This document shows positions 25,802 to 34,472 of a stretch of DNA of 64,000 nt, one piece after another; the stretch's first letter is position 1; every line of letters starts with the position of its first letter. This stretch comes from Alphaproteobacteria bacterium. GTDB taxonomy: Bacteria; Pseudomonadota; Alphaproteobacteria; JACZXZ01. Under the pieces are notes generated by a model. That model searched no databases, was not told the DNA's origin, and saw nothing but the letters and a program-made list of their open reading frames with translations. A program made the translations under genes and the position numbers. The DNA lies in the NCBI GenBank assembly GCA_035509415.1, contig DATJLQ010000233.1, forward strand, positions 10,943 to 74,942, written 5' to 3'.

Positions 25802-26571
25802 GCGTCCGGTTCGAGCTCAAGGACCACGTCGCCCGGGTCACCATCGACCGGCCCGAGGTGATGAACGCGATCGACGCCGAAAGCGAGCGCGCGCTCGAGG
25901 CGATCTGGCGCCGCATCGAGGGCGACCGCGAGGTACGCGCGGTCGTGCTTACGGGGGCGGGTGAGCGCGCCTTCTCGGCCGGCGCCGACATGAAGGGATC
26001 GTCGAAGACCGGGCTCGACTATTGGGCGAGCCCGCGCCCCAATGGCTTCGGCGGCTTGGCGCTCAGGACCACCCTCGACGTGCCGGTGATCGCGCGCGTC
26101 AACGGCTTCGCGCTCGGCGGCGGCTTCGAGATGGTGCTCGGCGCCGACATCGTGATCGCGGCCGAGGAGGCGAGCTTCGGGCTTCCCGAGCCGCGCGTCG
26201 GACGCCTGCCGCTCGACGGCGGCATGGTGCTGCTGCAACGCCAGATTCCGTTCAAGCTCGCGATGGGCGTGTTGCTCACCGGCCGGCGCCTCTCGGCGTC
26301 GGAGGCGCGCGCGTTGGGTTTCGTCAACGAGGTGGTGCCGCGCGCGGACCTCGACCTCGCGGTCGAGCGCTGGCTCGCGGACATCCTTCAATGCGCGCCT
26401 TTGGCGCTGCGCGCGATCAAGCAGACCGTGCGCCGCACCGCCCATCTGAGCGCCAACGAGGCGCAGGCGATGCGCCTGCCGGCGGTGATGGAATGCCTCC
26501 AGTCCGATGACGCGCTCGAAGGCGTCGCCGCGTTTCGCGCGAAGCGGCCGCCGATCTGGTCCGGACGCTGA
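25798..26571 (+). CDS. enoyl-CoA hydratase/isomerase (crotonase) family protein
   Basis: 257 aa. VVLTGAGERAFSAGADMK and VNGFALGGGFEMVLGADI. GTGA overlap with the CoA-transferase. Confidence 0.9.
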   Translation: MSVRFELKDHVARVTIDRPEVMNAIDAESERALEAIWRRIEGDREVRAVVLTGAGERAFSAGADMKGSSKTGLDYWASPRPNGFGGLALRTTLDVPVIARVNGFALGGGFEMVLGADIVIAAEEASFGLPEPRVGRLPLDGGMVLLQRQIPFKLAMGVLLTGRRLSASEARALGFVNEVVPRADLDLAVERWLADILQCAPLALRAIKQTVRRTAHLSANEAQAMRLPAVMECLQSDDALEGVAAFRAKRPPIWSGR

Positions 26572-26573
26572 GC

Positions 26574-26909
26574 GTGACGCACGTCATCGCAGCCCCCTGC
26601 ATCGACGTGAAGGACGGCGCCTGCGTCAAGGTCTGCCCGGTCGACTGTATCTATGAGGGCGGGCGCATGTATTACATCCAGCCCGACGAATGCATCGATT
26701 GCGGGCTGTGCGTCTCGGTCTGTCCGGTGGACGCGATCTATGCCGATGACCGCCTGCCCGCCGCCCTGGCACCCTTCCGCGCCGCCAATGCCGGATTCTT
26801 CGGCCCCGAGGTGACCGGATGGGGCGCTCCCGGCGGCGCCTCGCCGGCCCGTGCCACGGCGCTGGACCATCCCCTCGTGGTCGGGCATCCTCGGCCCCGG
26901 ATCACGTGA
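26574..26909 (+). CDS. ferredoxin, 7Fe (3Fe-4S + 4Fe-4S) FdxA-like
   Basis: 111 aa. It has CX7CX3CP (CIDVKDGACVKVCP) plus CIDCGLCVSVCP. GTG start 2 nt after the crotonase stop. Confidence 0.85.
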   Translation: MTHVIAAPCIDVKDGACVKVCPVDCIYEGGRMYYIQPDECIDCGLCVSVCPVDAIYADDRLPAALAPFRAANAGFFGPEVTGWGAPGGASPARATALDHPLVVGHPRPRIT

Positions 26910-26962
26910 TCGGGCGGCGCCCGCTCCGTCGAAGCGACGGCGCCGCGCAAGGGAGTGGCGCG

Positions 26963-27868
26963 ATGCATGCCGCGGTGCTGCGCTACGTGAAGGAGGTCGC
27001 CCGCCTGGGCTCGGTGCGCAAGGCGGCCCAGGTGCTGAACGTCGCCTCCTCCGCGATCAATCGCCAGATCATCAAGGTCGAGCAGGAGCTCGGGGTCAAG
27101 CTGTTCGACCGGCTCCCGGGTGGGATGCAGCTGACGCCCGCGGGCGAGATGCTGCTGCGCCACGTGCGCGACACGCTCTACGATTACGACCGGCTCCTGT
27201 CCGAGATCGACGGCTTGCGCGGCATCCGCACCGGCCACGTGCGCATCGTCGCGACCGACAGCCTGGTGGTCGATTTCCTGCCGCGCGCGGTGACCCGGTT
27301 CAGCGAGAGCTATCCGGCGGTGACCTACACCGTGATGGCGGCAGCGCCCACCGGCGTCATCAACGAGATCGGCGCGGGCCACGCGGACATCGGCCTCACC
27401 TTCGTGTGCCCCCTGCCGCCCTCGGTGCAGCTGGTCGCGAGCGTTGCGACCCCCGGCGGCGTCGTGATGTCGAGCAATCACCCGCTCGCGCGGCGCAACG
27501 TGCTCAAGTTCGCCGATCTCGAGGAATATCCGGTGATCCTCCAGAAGAACACGCTGCCGGTCGAGACCTTCATGAACGAGGTCTACGAGCCGTTCCGCGT
27601 GCGCGCGCAGCAGCGCATCTTCTCGAACTCGGTCGAGTTCATCAAGCGATCGGTCGAGCGCGAGCTGGGCGTCGCGTTCTACACGCGCCTCGCCTTCTTC
27701 GACGAGATCCGCTCGGGCAAGATCGTGTGGGTGCCGCTCGCCGACGAGACGCTCGAGCAGCTGAAGCTCGGCCTCTTCATCCCGACCGAGCGCATGCTCG
27801 GCCCCGCGACCGCGGCGATGGTCGGCGTCATGGTCGAGATCATGGAAGGGCTCGAGCGCGCTGCCTAG
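26963..27868 (+). CDS. LysR family transcriptional regulator
   Basis: Start at the ATG at 26963. The N-terminal HTH is LRYVKEVARLGSVRKAAQVLNVASSAINRQI. Confidence 0.88.
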   Translation: MHAAVLRYVKEVARLGSVRKAAQVLNVASSAINRQIIKVEQELGVKLFDRLPGGMQLTPAGEMLLRHVRDTLYDYDRLLSEIDGLRGIRTGHVRIVATDSLVVDFLPRAVTRFSESYPAVTYTVMAAAPTGVINEIGAGHADIGLTFVCPLPPSVQLVASVATPGGVVMSSNHPLARRNVLKFADLEEYPVILQKNTLPVETFMNEVYEPFRVRAQQRIFSNSVEFIKRSVERELGVAFYTRLAFFDEIRSGKIVWVPLADETLEQLKLGLFIPTERMLGPATAAMVGVMVEIMEGLERAA

Positions 27869-27899
27869 CGCGCGCGACGCTAGCCCGGGCGGGGTCAGA

Positions 27900-28715
27900 A
27901 TGTGCGAGCTTCTTGCCATGTCGAGCGCAGTGCCCGCGACCGTGAACCTGGCGCTTGGCGTGCTCGCGCGCCACGGCGGCGGCGACGGGCCGGACAGAGA
28001 CGGCTGGGGCATCGCCTATTTCGAGGGCGGCGACGTGCGCCTCATCAAGGACGCGGGCCCCGCCTATGCGAGCCCCTGGCTCGGCTTCGTCGAGGGCCTG
28101 TCGCTCGAAAGCCATCTCGTGCTCGCCCACATCAGGCGCGCGACCAGCGGCGAGCCCGCGTTGCGCAACACGCACCCGTTCCTGCGCGAGCTCGGCGGGA
28201 AGCCCCATCTCTTCGCCCATAACGGCTCGGTGCCGTCGGTGTTCGACCAGGGCGCCTTTGCGCTCGGCCGCTTCCGTCCGGTGGGCGACACGGATTCCGA
28301 ATGGGCCTTCTGCGCGCTCCTCGAGCGTCTCGCCCAGGCGCGCGACGCGGCACGGACTCCGCTCGCATTCGAGCGCCGCATCGAGATCGTCGCCGCGTTC
28401 GCCGCCGCGTTGCGCCGCCTCGGCAGCGCAAACTTCCTGTTCGCCGACGGCGAGTACGCCTATCTCCACGGCGACCGGCGCAGCGCCCGGCCCGGCGAGG
28501 CCGCCAAGGCGCCCGGGCTCCATTTCACCATCGAGCACGATGCCGATGCGGGCGCCCCGTTCCCCGGCCATGGCGGCGTCAAGGTCGCGCGTGTCGACCG
28601 GCCGGTCTTGCTCGCGGCGAGCGTGCCGTTGACGCCGGGCAACTGGACGCCGCTCGCGGCGGGCGAGCTTCTGGTCGTGCGGGACGGGCGCATCGTCGCG
28701 CGCGTGGCACCCTAA
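27900..28715 (+). CDS. class II (Ntn) glutamine amidotransferase, YafJ-like
   Basis: 271 aa. It begins MCELLAMSS (catalytic Cys2), then HIRRATSG...NTHPF. Confidence 0.82.
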   Translation: MCELLAMSSAVPATVNLALGVLARHGGGDGPDRDGWGIAYFEGGDVRLIKDAGPAYASPWLGFVEGLSLESHLVLAHIRRATSGEPALRNTHPFLRELGGKPHLFAHNGSVPSVFDQGAFALGRFRPVGDTDSEWAFCALLERLAQARDAARTPLAFERRIEIVAAFAAALRRLGSANFLFADGEYAYLHGDRRSARPGEAAKAPGLHFTIEHDADAGAPFPGHGGVKVARVDRPVLLAASVPLTPGNWTPLAAGELLVVRDGRIVARVAP

Positions 28716-29614
28716 CGCGCGGGTTCCGGATCGATCAGCTCGGCGAATGCGCGCGCGGCGCGGCTCCGGTAGCGCGCCTTGTGGCGCACGAGATAGAAGG
28801 GCCGGGTCGGAAGGTCGAGCGGAATTCGGCACAACGTGCCCGCGCGTAGGCTCGCCGCGACCACGAGATGGGAAATGGCGCTCGCCCCCGCGCCCGCCTC
28901 GACCGCCGCGCGCACCGCCTCGTTCGACGGCAATGACAGGGCGATGTCGAGGCGCTCGAGGTCGAGGCCGAGGCGGCGCAACGCGGCGGCGAATTCCGAG
29001 CGCGTTCCCGAGCCCGGCTCGCGCAACACCCACGGCGTCTCCGTGAGCCGTCGCGGCTCGAGGGCGACGGCGCGTCCGCGCCCGCGCGCCCAGGGATGGG
29101 TGGCGCCCACCACGACGACCAGCGCATCCCCCTCGATACGCGTCTGCGCGAGGGCCGGGTCGTCGATCTGCCCCTCGATCAGGCCGAGATCGCCGCGCCC
29201 CTCGCGCAGGGAAAGCGCGACCTGTGCCGTGTTGCCGATGGTGATGGCGAGCTCGATCTCGGGATAGCGCGCGCGGAACCGCACGAGGCGCTCGGGCAGC
29301 CAGTAATTCGCGATCGTCTGGCTCGCATGGATCGCGAGGCGGCCGCGCTTCAGCCCGACGGTCTCGCCGAGTGCCAGCTCCGCCTCGGCGGCGCGCTTCA
29401 GGACCGCGCGCGCTTCGGGAAGAAACATGCGGCCGGTCGCCGTGAGCTCGATGCGCCGGCCGACCCGGTCGAAAAGCGGCGTTCCGTAACGCGCCTCGAG
29501 CGCCGCGATCGCGGCACTCACGGCGGGTTGGGTGAGATGAAGGGCGGCCGCGGCCTTGGTCATGTGCTCGGCCTCGGCGACCGCGACGAAGACGCGCAAT
29601 TGGTCGAGCGTCAC
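28712..29614 (-). CDS. LysR family transcriptional regulator
   Basis: This is the tail of ORF 28712..29779(-). I place the start at GTG 29614 (VTLDQLRVFVAVAEAEHMTKAAAALHLTQPAVSAAI). It lies directly downstream of, and co-oriented with, yeiH (yeiH's stop is at 29634). Confidence 0.85.
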   Translation of the reverse strand: MTLDQLRVFVAVAEAEHMTKAAAALHLTQPAVSAAIAALEARYGTPLFDRVGRRIELTATGRMFLPEARAVLKRAAEAELALGETVGLKRGRLAIHASQTIANYWLPERLVRFRARYPEIELAITIGNTAQVALSLREGRGDLGLIEGQIDDPALAQTRIEGDALVVVVGATHPWARGRGRAVALEPRRLTETPWVLREPGSGTRSEFAAALRRLGLDLERLDIALSLPSNEAVRAAVEAGAGASAISHLVVAASLRAGTLCRIPLDLPTRPFYLVRHKARYRSRAARAFAELIDPEPAR

Positions 29615-29633
29615 GGGGCGACGCCCCGGGCGC

Positions 29634-30734
29634 TCAGCGGCTCGCGATCTCGATGAGGGCGAGGCTGAAGCTCGCGATGAAGAGCCACGCGCCCGCACCC
29701 AGCAGCATCGGGCGCCATCCCTTCGCGCGCAGTTTCCGGATGTCGGTCTCGAGCCCCATCGCCGCGAGCGCCATGGCAAGGAGGAAGTTCGTTCCGGTCA
29801 CGAGGCTGGGCTTGAGCTCGGCCGGAATCGCGACCAGGCTGTTGAGCGCGATCATCGCGACGAAGCCGACCACGAACCACGGCAGCGGCGGCCCGCGGCG
29901 CGCGGATGCCGCGCGGCCGTCCTGACCGTTCGGCGCATGATGGAGCGCCGACGCGCGGCGACGATGGGTCGCAACCTGGCCCAGGATGATGACCAAGGGG
30001 GCGAGCAGGACGATGCGCGAGAGCTTCGTGATGGTCGCGAAATTGCCCGCGACCGAGCCGTCCTGGAACGCGGCCGCGACCACTTGGGCGATTTCGTGGA
30101 TCGAAGAGCCGGCCCAAAGACCGTAGGAGAGCGGATCGAGGCGCAAAAGCTGCTCGAGCGCCGGGTAGACGACCATGGCGAGCGAGCCGAATACCGTCAC
30201 GCAGGCGACGGCGTAGGTCACGTCCTCGTCCGTGCCCTCGGTCACCACGTTGGCCGCGATCACGGCGCTCGCGCCGCAGATCGACGTGCCGGTCGCGATC
30301 AGGGCGGTGAGCTTGCGGTCGACGCCGAGACGGCGCCCGAGCCAGATCGTGAACAGGAAGGTGGCGGCGACGGTCGCCAGCATCGTCGCGAGCCCGACGC
30401 CGCCCACCGCGATCACTTGGGCGGTGGTGAGCTGCAGGCCGAGAAGGACGATGCCGAGGCGTAGGATGCGCTTCAAGCTGAAGACGATGCCGGGCCGGCA
30501 ACGCGCCGGCGTGCCGATCACGTTGTGAAACGCCATGCCGAGAAGAATCGACAAGATGAGCGGGCTCAAGATGCCGACGCCGGGTATGCGCCGCAACGCG
30601 AAGCTCATGCCCGCGACCGCACCCACCAGCAAGAGGCCGGGAACGAGCGAGGTGCGATCGAACAGCAGACGCGCGGAATAAGCGCGTCGGGCGGGAACAG
30701 CGTCGTGGGGCAACGGCGATCCTCCAACGGACAA
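29634..30734 (-). CDS. yeiH: YeiH/UPF0324 family inner-membrane protein (putative sulfate exporter family)
   Basis: Polytopic, about 360 aa, typical of the YeiH family. The track start at 30734 is a TTG. A TTG at 30713, preceded by GGAGGA, is an alternative. Confidence 0.8.
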   Translation of the reverse strand: MSVGGSPLPHDAVPARRAYSARLLFDRTSLVPGLLLVGAVAGMSFALRRIPGVGILSPLILSILLGMAFHNVIGTPARCRPGIVFSLKRILRLGIVLLGLQLTTAQVIAVGGVGLATMLATVAATFLFTIWLGRRLGVDRKLTALIATGTSICGASAVIAANVVTEGTDEDVTYAVACVTVFGSLAMVVYPALEQLLRLDPLSYGLWAGSSIHEIAQVVAAAFQDGSVAGNFATITKLSRIVLLAPLVIILGQVATHRRRASALHHAPNGQDGRAASARRGPPLPWFVVGFVAMIALNSLVAIPAELKPSLVTGTNFLLAMALAAMGLETDIRKLRAKGWRPMLLGAGAWLFIASFSLALIEIASR

Positions 30735-30765
30735 GGGAGGATGCGCGCGGCGTTCTAATCATTCC

Positions 30766-30799
30766 AATTGATTATCATGTATAATACGATCGATCAATT
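30766..30799. promoter_or_regulatory. inverted repeat AATTGAT-N20-ATCAATT enclosing a perfect TATAAT, in an AT-rich island upstream of yeiH
   Basis: Read directly. The arms are 30766-30772 and 30793-30799, TATAAT is at 30780-30785, and a GATCGATC palindrome lies inside. Function is inferred only from position. Confidence 0.35.
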
Positions 30800-30982
30800 T
30801 TATCGTTTCGCGCGCGGCATTTTCCGAGGCGCCGAGCGGCGTTCGGCTGGAATCCGGGTTCGGATCGGCCGCCACGGCTCGAAATGTTATTTATTTTCAA
30901 TGATATAGGCGCGCAAACCGAGAGGGTCTCGCGGCGCGGAGAAGGGTTTCCGCGACCGGGCCGGGTGCCGCGGCGTGCCGGC

Positions 30983-31441
30983 CTATTGGGTGATGGTCAT
31001 CTCGGAGGACGCGAGCAGGGTATTCGGGCCGATATAGCCGAAGCCGGGCATGAAGGGCACGAAAGGATAGGACAATTGCACCTCGACGATGCTGCCCGCG
31101 TCGTCGTTCGGCACGAAATCGACGGTGACGGTCACGGAATTCGGGTCGAGCAGCGTCAAGCGGCCCTTGACGTAGCTCTCGATCGAGCTCGAGGTCGCGG
31201 GCGAGGTGCTGGTCGCGCCGCGCACCATGGCGTAGCGCGCGCCGTCGCGCGCCGCGTCCGCCAGGGCTATGTCGGCGTAGGCGTAATGGCTCAACTCGAC
31301 GAAGCCGTAGAGCAGCGACATCAGGATCGGAATCGTGAGCGCGAACTCGACCGTGATGGCGCCGCTTTCGTCTGCCGCGCCGCGGCGCGTCCCGAGCCCG
31401 GGCCGGCGGCGACGCCATCCGATGGCCCAGAGTCTCGTCAC
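30983..31441 (-). CDS. TadE-like minor (pseudo)pilin
   Basis: The GTG at 31441 overlaps the upstream stop (GTGA). The N-terminus ...ADESG/AITVEFALTIPILMSLLYGFVEL matches the TadE/Flp-type prepilin motif G/xxxxE[FY]. Confidence 0.8.
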   Translation of the reverse strand: MTRLWAIGWRRRRPGLGTRRGAADESGAITVEFALTIPILMSLLYGFVELSHYAYADIALADAARDGARYAMVRGATSTSPATSSSIESYVKGRLTLLDPNSVTVTVDFVPNDDAGSIVEVQLSYPFVPFMPGFGYIGPNTLLASSEMTITQ

Positions 31442-31923
31442 TGGAAACGCAGCATCGCGGCCGCGGTCAACGGGATCGGGTCGGCCACGAACGGGTAGCG
31501 TCCGAAGGTCGAATAGGATTCCGACGCGGTCACCTTGTCGTAAGCCCAGGGGGCGACGTTTCCCGAGCAGGTCGAGCTGCACGAAATCGCCCCGCCGCTG
31601 GGGCAAATGCAGGATTCCTGCGCCGTGACGGTGAGGGAATTGGTGGTGTCGTTGGCGTCGTTGCGCGCGGCCTGGACCATGCCGGTGTAATTGGTCGAAT
31701 CCGCGGTGCTTTGGATGCCGAACTGCGCGCCCGCGCGCGCCGCACTCACGAGGCGCTCCTGCTGGTAGAGCGCATTGCCGAAATCCCAGCCCGCGGTCAT
31801 GAGATAGACGAGCGCCGGCGCCAAAAGCGCCAATTCGATGCTCGCGGTTCCGCGAGCGTCCGACCCGCGTCCGCACAGTCTGTCGAGAATCTTACGCCAG
31901 CGCATCGCGGCCTCCGTCCTCAT
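31438..31923 (-). CDS. TadE/TadF-like minor (pseudo)pilin
   Basis: The ATG at 31923 overlaps the upstream stop (ATGA). The motif is ARG/TASIELALLAPALVYLM. The C-terminal half has a Cys cluster, CICPSGGAISCSSTC. Confidence 0.78.
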   Translation of the reverse strand: MRTEAAMRWRKILDRLCGRGSDARGTASIELALLAPALVYLMTAGWDFGNALYQQERLVSAARAGAQFGIQSTADSTNYTGMVQAARNDANDTTNSLTVTAQESCICPSGGAISCSSTCSGNVAPWAYDKVTASESYSTFGRYPFVADPIPLTAAAMLRFQ

Positions 31924-33215
31924 TCCGTCAAGGCGACGCGCGGCAAGGTCATGCCGGGCACCGACGGCACGCTCGTGTTCTGGTAGCTCGAATTGAAGTC
32001 GAGCCTTGCATTGCCGCTGTAGGTCAGGCTGTTGGCGATGATCGACGTAAAGGGGGCGGTGCCGTCCTGGGTGCCGTTGCCGGTGATGGTCACGTTCTGA
32101 TTGCCGAAATAGAGCAGGCCGGTGAAGTTGATGTTGCCGTTGCCGCTGATCGTGTTGGTGATGTCGCCGGTCGGGGCCGAATGGTCCTGGTAGATCGCGA
32201 TGCCGGCCATCGAGCCCGTGGTCGGCGCGCTGATGGTGACCTGCGCGTTGCCGCTCACCGTGAGATCGTCCTGGCTGAGCTGGACGTTGGTGCCGGTGCC
32301 GGTCATGTAGATGCCGACGCCCGAGCCGGTCACGACCGCGTTGGAGCCCGCGCTGAAGCCGCCGTTGCGCAGGATGTAGACGCCGGATTGGAAGGTCACC
32401 TTGGCGTTGGCCTGGATCGTGATGCCGCCGCAATAGACGCCGGGCGAGATCGTCGTCTGGCTGTTGCCGCCGTAGCTCGCGTTGGTGTATTGGCACGCCG
32501 CGTTCACGTTCGATGGCGGCGTCAGGCTCGCGAGCGGATCCGTCATCGCCGCGCAGGTCGTCGGCGTGGGCGAGAACTTAGCGTTGTTGCCGCTGGTATA
32601 GCCGCCGGGCGTGCAGATCGAGCTGGTGTCGATCTGTCCGTTGCCGGTGACGTTGATGGCGCTGGTGCTGGTGGAATCGACGACCATCGAGCAGCCGGTG
32701 GCGTTGATGATGCCGTTGCCGCTGACGTAGAGCGCATCGGGCGCGCTCGAGCCGGTCATGAGCGCGCACACCGGCTGGGTCCCGTCGACGAGGCCGGCCT
32801 GGGCGCTCACGGTGATGGTCGGCGCGGCACTCAGGAATAGGCTCGAGAACAGGAGATTCGCGGGCTTGCTCAGCGTCACGCTCACCGACTCGGACGACAC
32901 CGAGACGTCGACCGTGGTGCCGTTGGACGTGCCGAAGCCGTTGAGGAGCGCGTCGTCGGTCGCGGCCGTTTGGACCGTGCCGCTCGAGGCGCCGTCGAGG
33001 AGCTCGACCCCGCCCCCGATCGCGGCGGCGTCGGCGGCGGATTGCATCGCGCGGCGCGTGAAGTACCAGTCGCCGACATCGACCGAGAGCCCGACGATGC
33101 CCACCAGCGTGGTCGACATCAGGCCGACCATGACGGCGACGGTCCCGCTCCGGTCGCGCGCCGCGCGCCCGAACTCCCGACCGAGACGGCGAAGCAGAGT
33201 GCGAAGGGTCATCAT
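31920..33215 (-). CDS. TadG-like pilus-associated protein with repetitive, probably beta-helical, C-terminal region
   Basis: 431 aa. The N-terminus DRSGTVAVMVGLMSTTLVGIVGLSVDVGDWYFTRRAMQSAADAAAIGG resembles the TadG N-domain. The rest is Gly/Asn/Thr/Ser-rich short repeats (VTGNGQI, VSGNAQVTI, ISGNGNINF, ITGNGTQ). Confidence 0.78.
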   Translation of the reverse strand: MMTLRTLLRRLGREFGRAARDRSGTVAVMVGLMSTTLVGIVGLSVDVGDWYFTRRAMQSAADAAAIGGGVELLDGASSGTVQTAATDDALLNGFGTSNGTTVDVSVSSESVSVTLSKPANLLFSSLFLSAAPTITVSAQAGLVDGTQPVCALMTGSSAPDALYVSGNGIINATGCSMVVDSTSTSAINVTGNGQIDTSSICTPGGYTSGNNAKFSPTPTTCAAMTDPLASLTPPSNVNAACQYTNASYGGNSQTTISPGVYCGGITIQANAKVTFQSGVYILRNGGFSAGSNAVVTGSGVGIYMTGTGTNVQLSQDDLTVSGNAQVTISAPTTGSMAGIAIYQDHSAPTGDITNTISGNGNINFTGLLYFGNQNVTITGNGTQDGTAPFTSIIANSLTYSGNARLDFNSSYQNTSVPSVPGMTLPRVALTE

Positions 33216-33273
33216 GTGCCCGCCCGTGACCGTTCGGCATGCGAGGCCGACGTCCCATTTGACCGGCGCGCCG

Positions 33274-33288
33274 TTAATTGGGAGTTAT
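33274..33288. promoter_or_regulatory. CtrA-box-like motif TTAA-N7-TTAT in the tadG / TPR-lipoprotein divergent region
   Basis: Read directly: TTAATTGGGAGTTAT. It has one mismatch to TTAA-N7-TTAA. TTAA is rare in this GC-rich DNA. Confidence 0.3.
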
Positions 33289-33361
33289 CGCCGGCCGGGC
33301 CGCCGCCCGGGGGGCTCGATCCCCTTACCCATCAGTAATAATTGGCAAATACCCTGATGCC

Positions 33362-34411
33362 ATGAGAACCGCGACCGCCGTCACAGGACGCCTGGGTCGC
33401 CGCGCGACCTTGGGTCGGGCGGCGCGGGCGGGCCTCGTCGCCTGCGCGCTTGCGTTGAGCGCCTGCTCCTCGTCCGACGGCTCGTCCGGGTTCGGCCAGG
33501 CGGGGCGCGACGCGCCCGGAAGCTCGGCCACCGGTGAGGGTGCCATCGGCGCGACGGTCGCGGTCGACATCGCCGCGCGCATGCGCGCCGAAGGCGACCT
33601 GCCGGGCGCCATCTCCTTCTATCGCCGGGCCCTCGCGCTCGAGCCCGACCGGCTGAAGACGCTCGACGCGCTGGGCGACACGCTCCTCCAGGCCGGCGCG
33701 CCGAACGAGGCGGCCGAGGCGTACGATCGCGCGCTCAAGGTTTCGCCCGGCGATCCGAACGCGCTCAGCGGCATGGGCATGGCGCTCGTGGCGCTCGATC
33801 AGCCGGCGCGCGCGCGCGCGCTTCTGCAGAAGGCGAATTCGGTCCACCCCGAGGCGAAGACCTACGACGCGATCGGCGTGGCGGACGATTTGGCGGGCGA
33901 CTACCAGGGGGCGGCCGAGGCCTATCGGCAAGGCCTCATCCTCGCACCCCGGGATCTGAATCTGCGCAACAATATGGGGCTTTCCCAAGCGCTCAGCGGC
34001 GACACCGAAGGTGCGATCCAAACGCTGCGCCGCGTCGCCGACGACCCAAAAGCGACCGCGCAGCATCGGCTCAACCTCGCCCTCGTGCTCGGGCTCGCCG
34101 GCCGGCTTCAGGACGCGGCCCGGGTCGCGCGTATCGACCTCGACGAGCGCTCGGTCAGGAGCAATCTGGTCTATTACATGACGCTGCGCGCCATGTCGCC
34201 CGCCGAGCGCGCCCAGGCGATCTTCCGGACCGGTGCGCGCGCGCCGCAGCTCACGTCCGCCCCGTGCCAAGGGCCGGCCTGCGCGCCCGCCGCGGCGAAG
34301 CTCGCGAAAGCCGCGCCGTCCGCGGACTCCCCGATGCCGGCCGTGCCGGTGGCGCCGGTCACGATCGCGCCGGTCAAGATTCCACCCGCCACCATCTCGC
34401 CGGCGAAATAG
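33362..34411 (+). CDS. TPR-repeat lipoprotein (TadD/CpaI-like pilus assembly factor)
   Basis: ATG at 33362. It has a lipobox (LALSAC), several TPR units and a Pro/Ala-rich tail. It is embedded in the Tad locus on the opposite strand. Confidence 0.75.
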   Translation: MRTATAVTGRLGRRATLGRAARAGLVACALALSACSSSDGSSGFGQAGRDAPGSSATGEGAIGATVAVDIAARMRAEGDLPGAISFYRRALALEPDRLKTLDALGDTLLQAGAPNEAAEAYDRALKVSPGDPNALSGMGMALVALDQPARARALLQKANSVHPEAKTYDAIGVADDLAGDYQGAAEAYRQGLILAPRDLNLRNNMGLSQALSGDTEGAIQTLRRVADDPKATAQHRLNLALVLGLAGRLQDAARVARIDLDERSVRSNLVYYMTLRAMSPAERAQAIFRTGARAPQLTSAPCQGPACAPAAAKLAKAAPSADSPMPAVPVAPVTIAPVKIPPATISPAK

Positions 34412-34472
34412 CCACGCGTGGATGAGCCGCGGTGCGTCCGGGCCAAGCTGGACCCGCGCGTCTGCGCCCGCG

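Noticed and set aside
30739-30759. Plus-strand 5-codon ORF (ATGCGCGCGGCGTTCTAA) directly after GGGAGG
   Set aside because: There is zero spacing between the SD-like sequence and the ATG. The GGGAGG is simply the complement of the yeiH 5' region.
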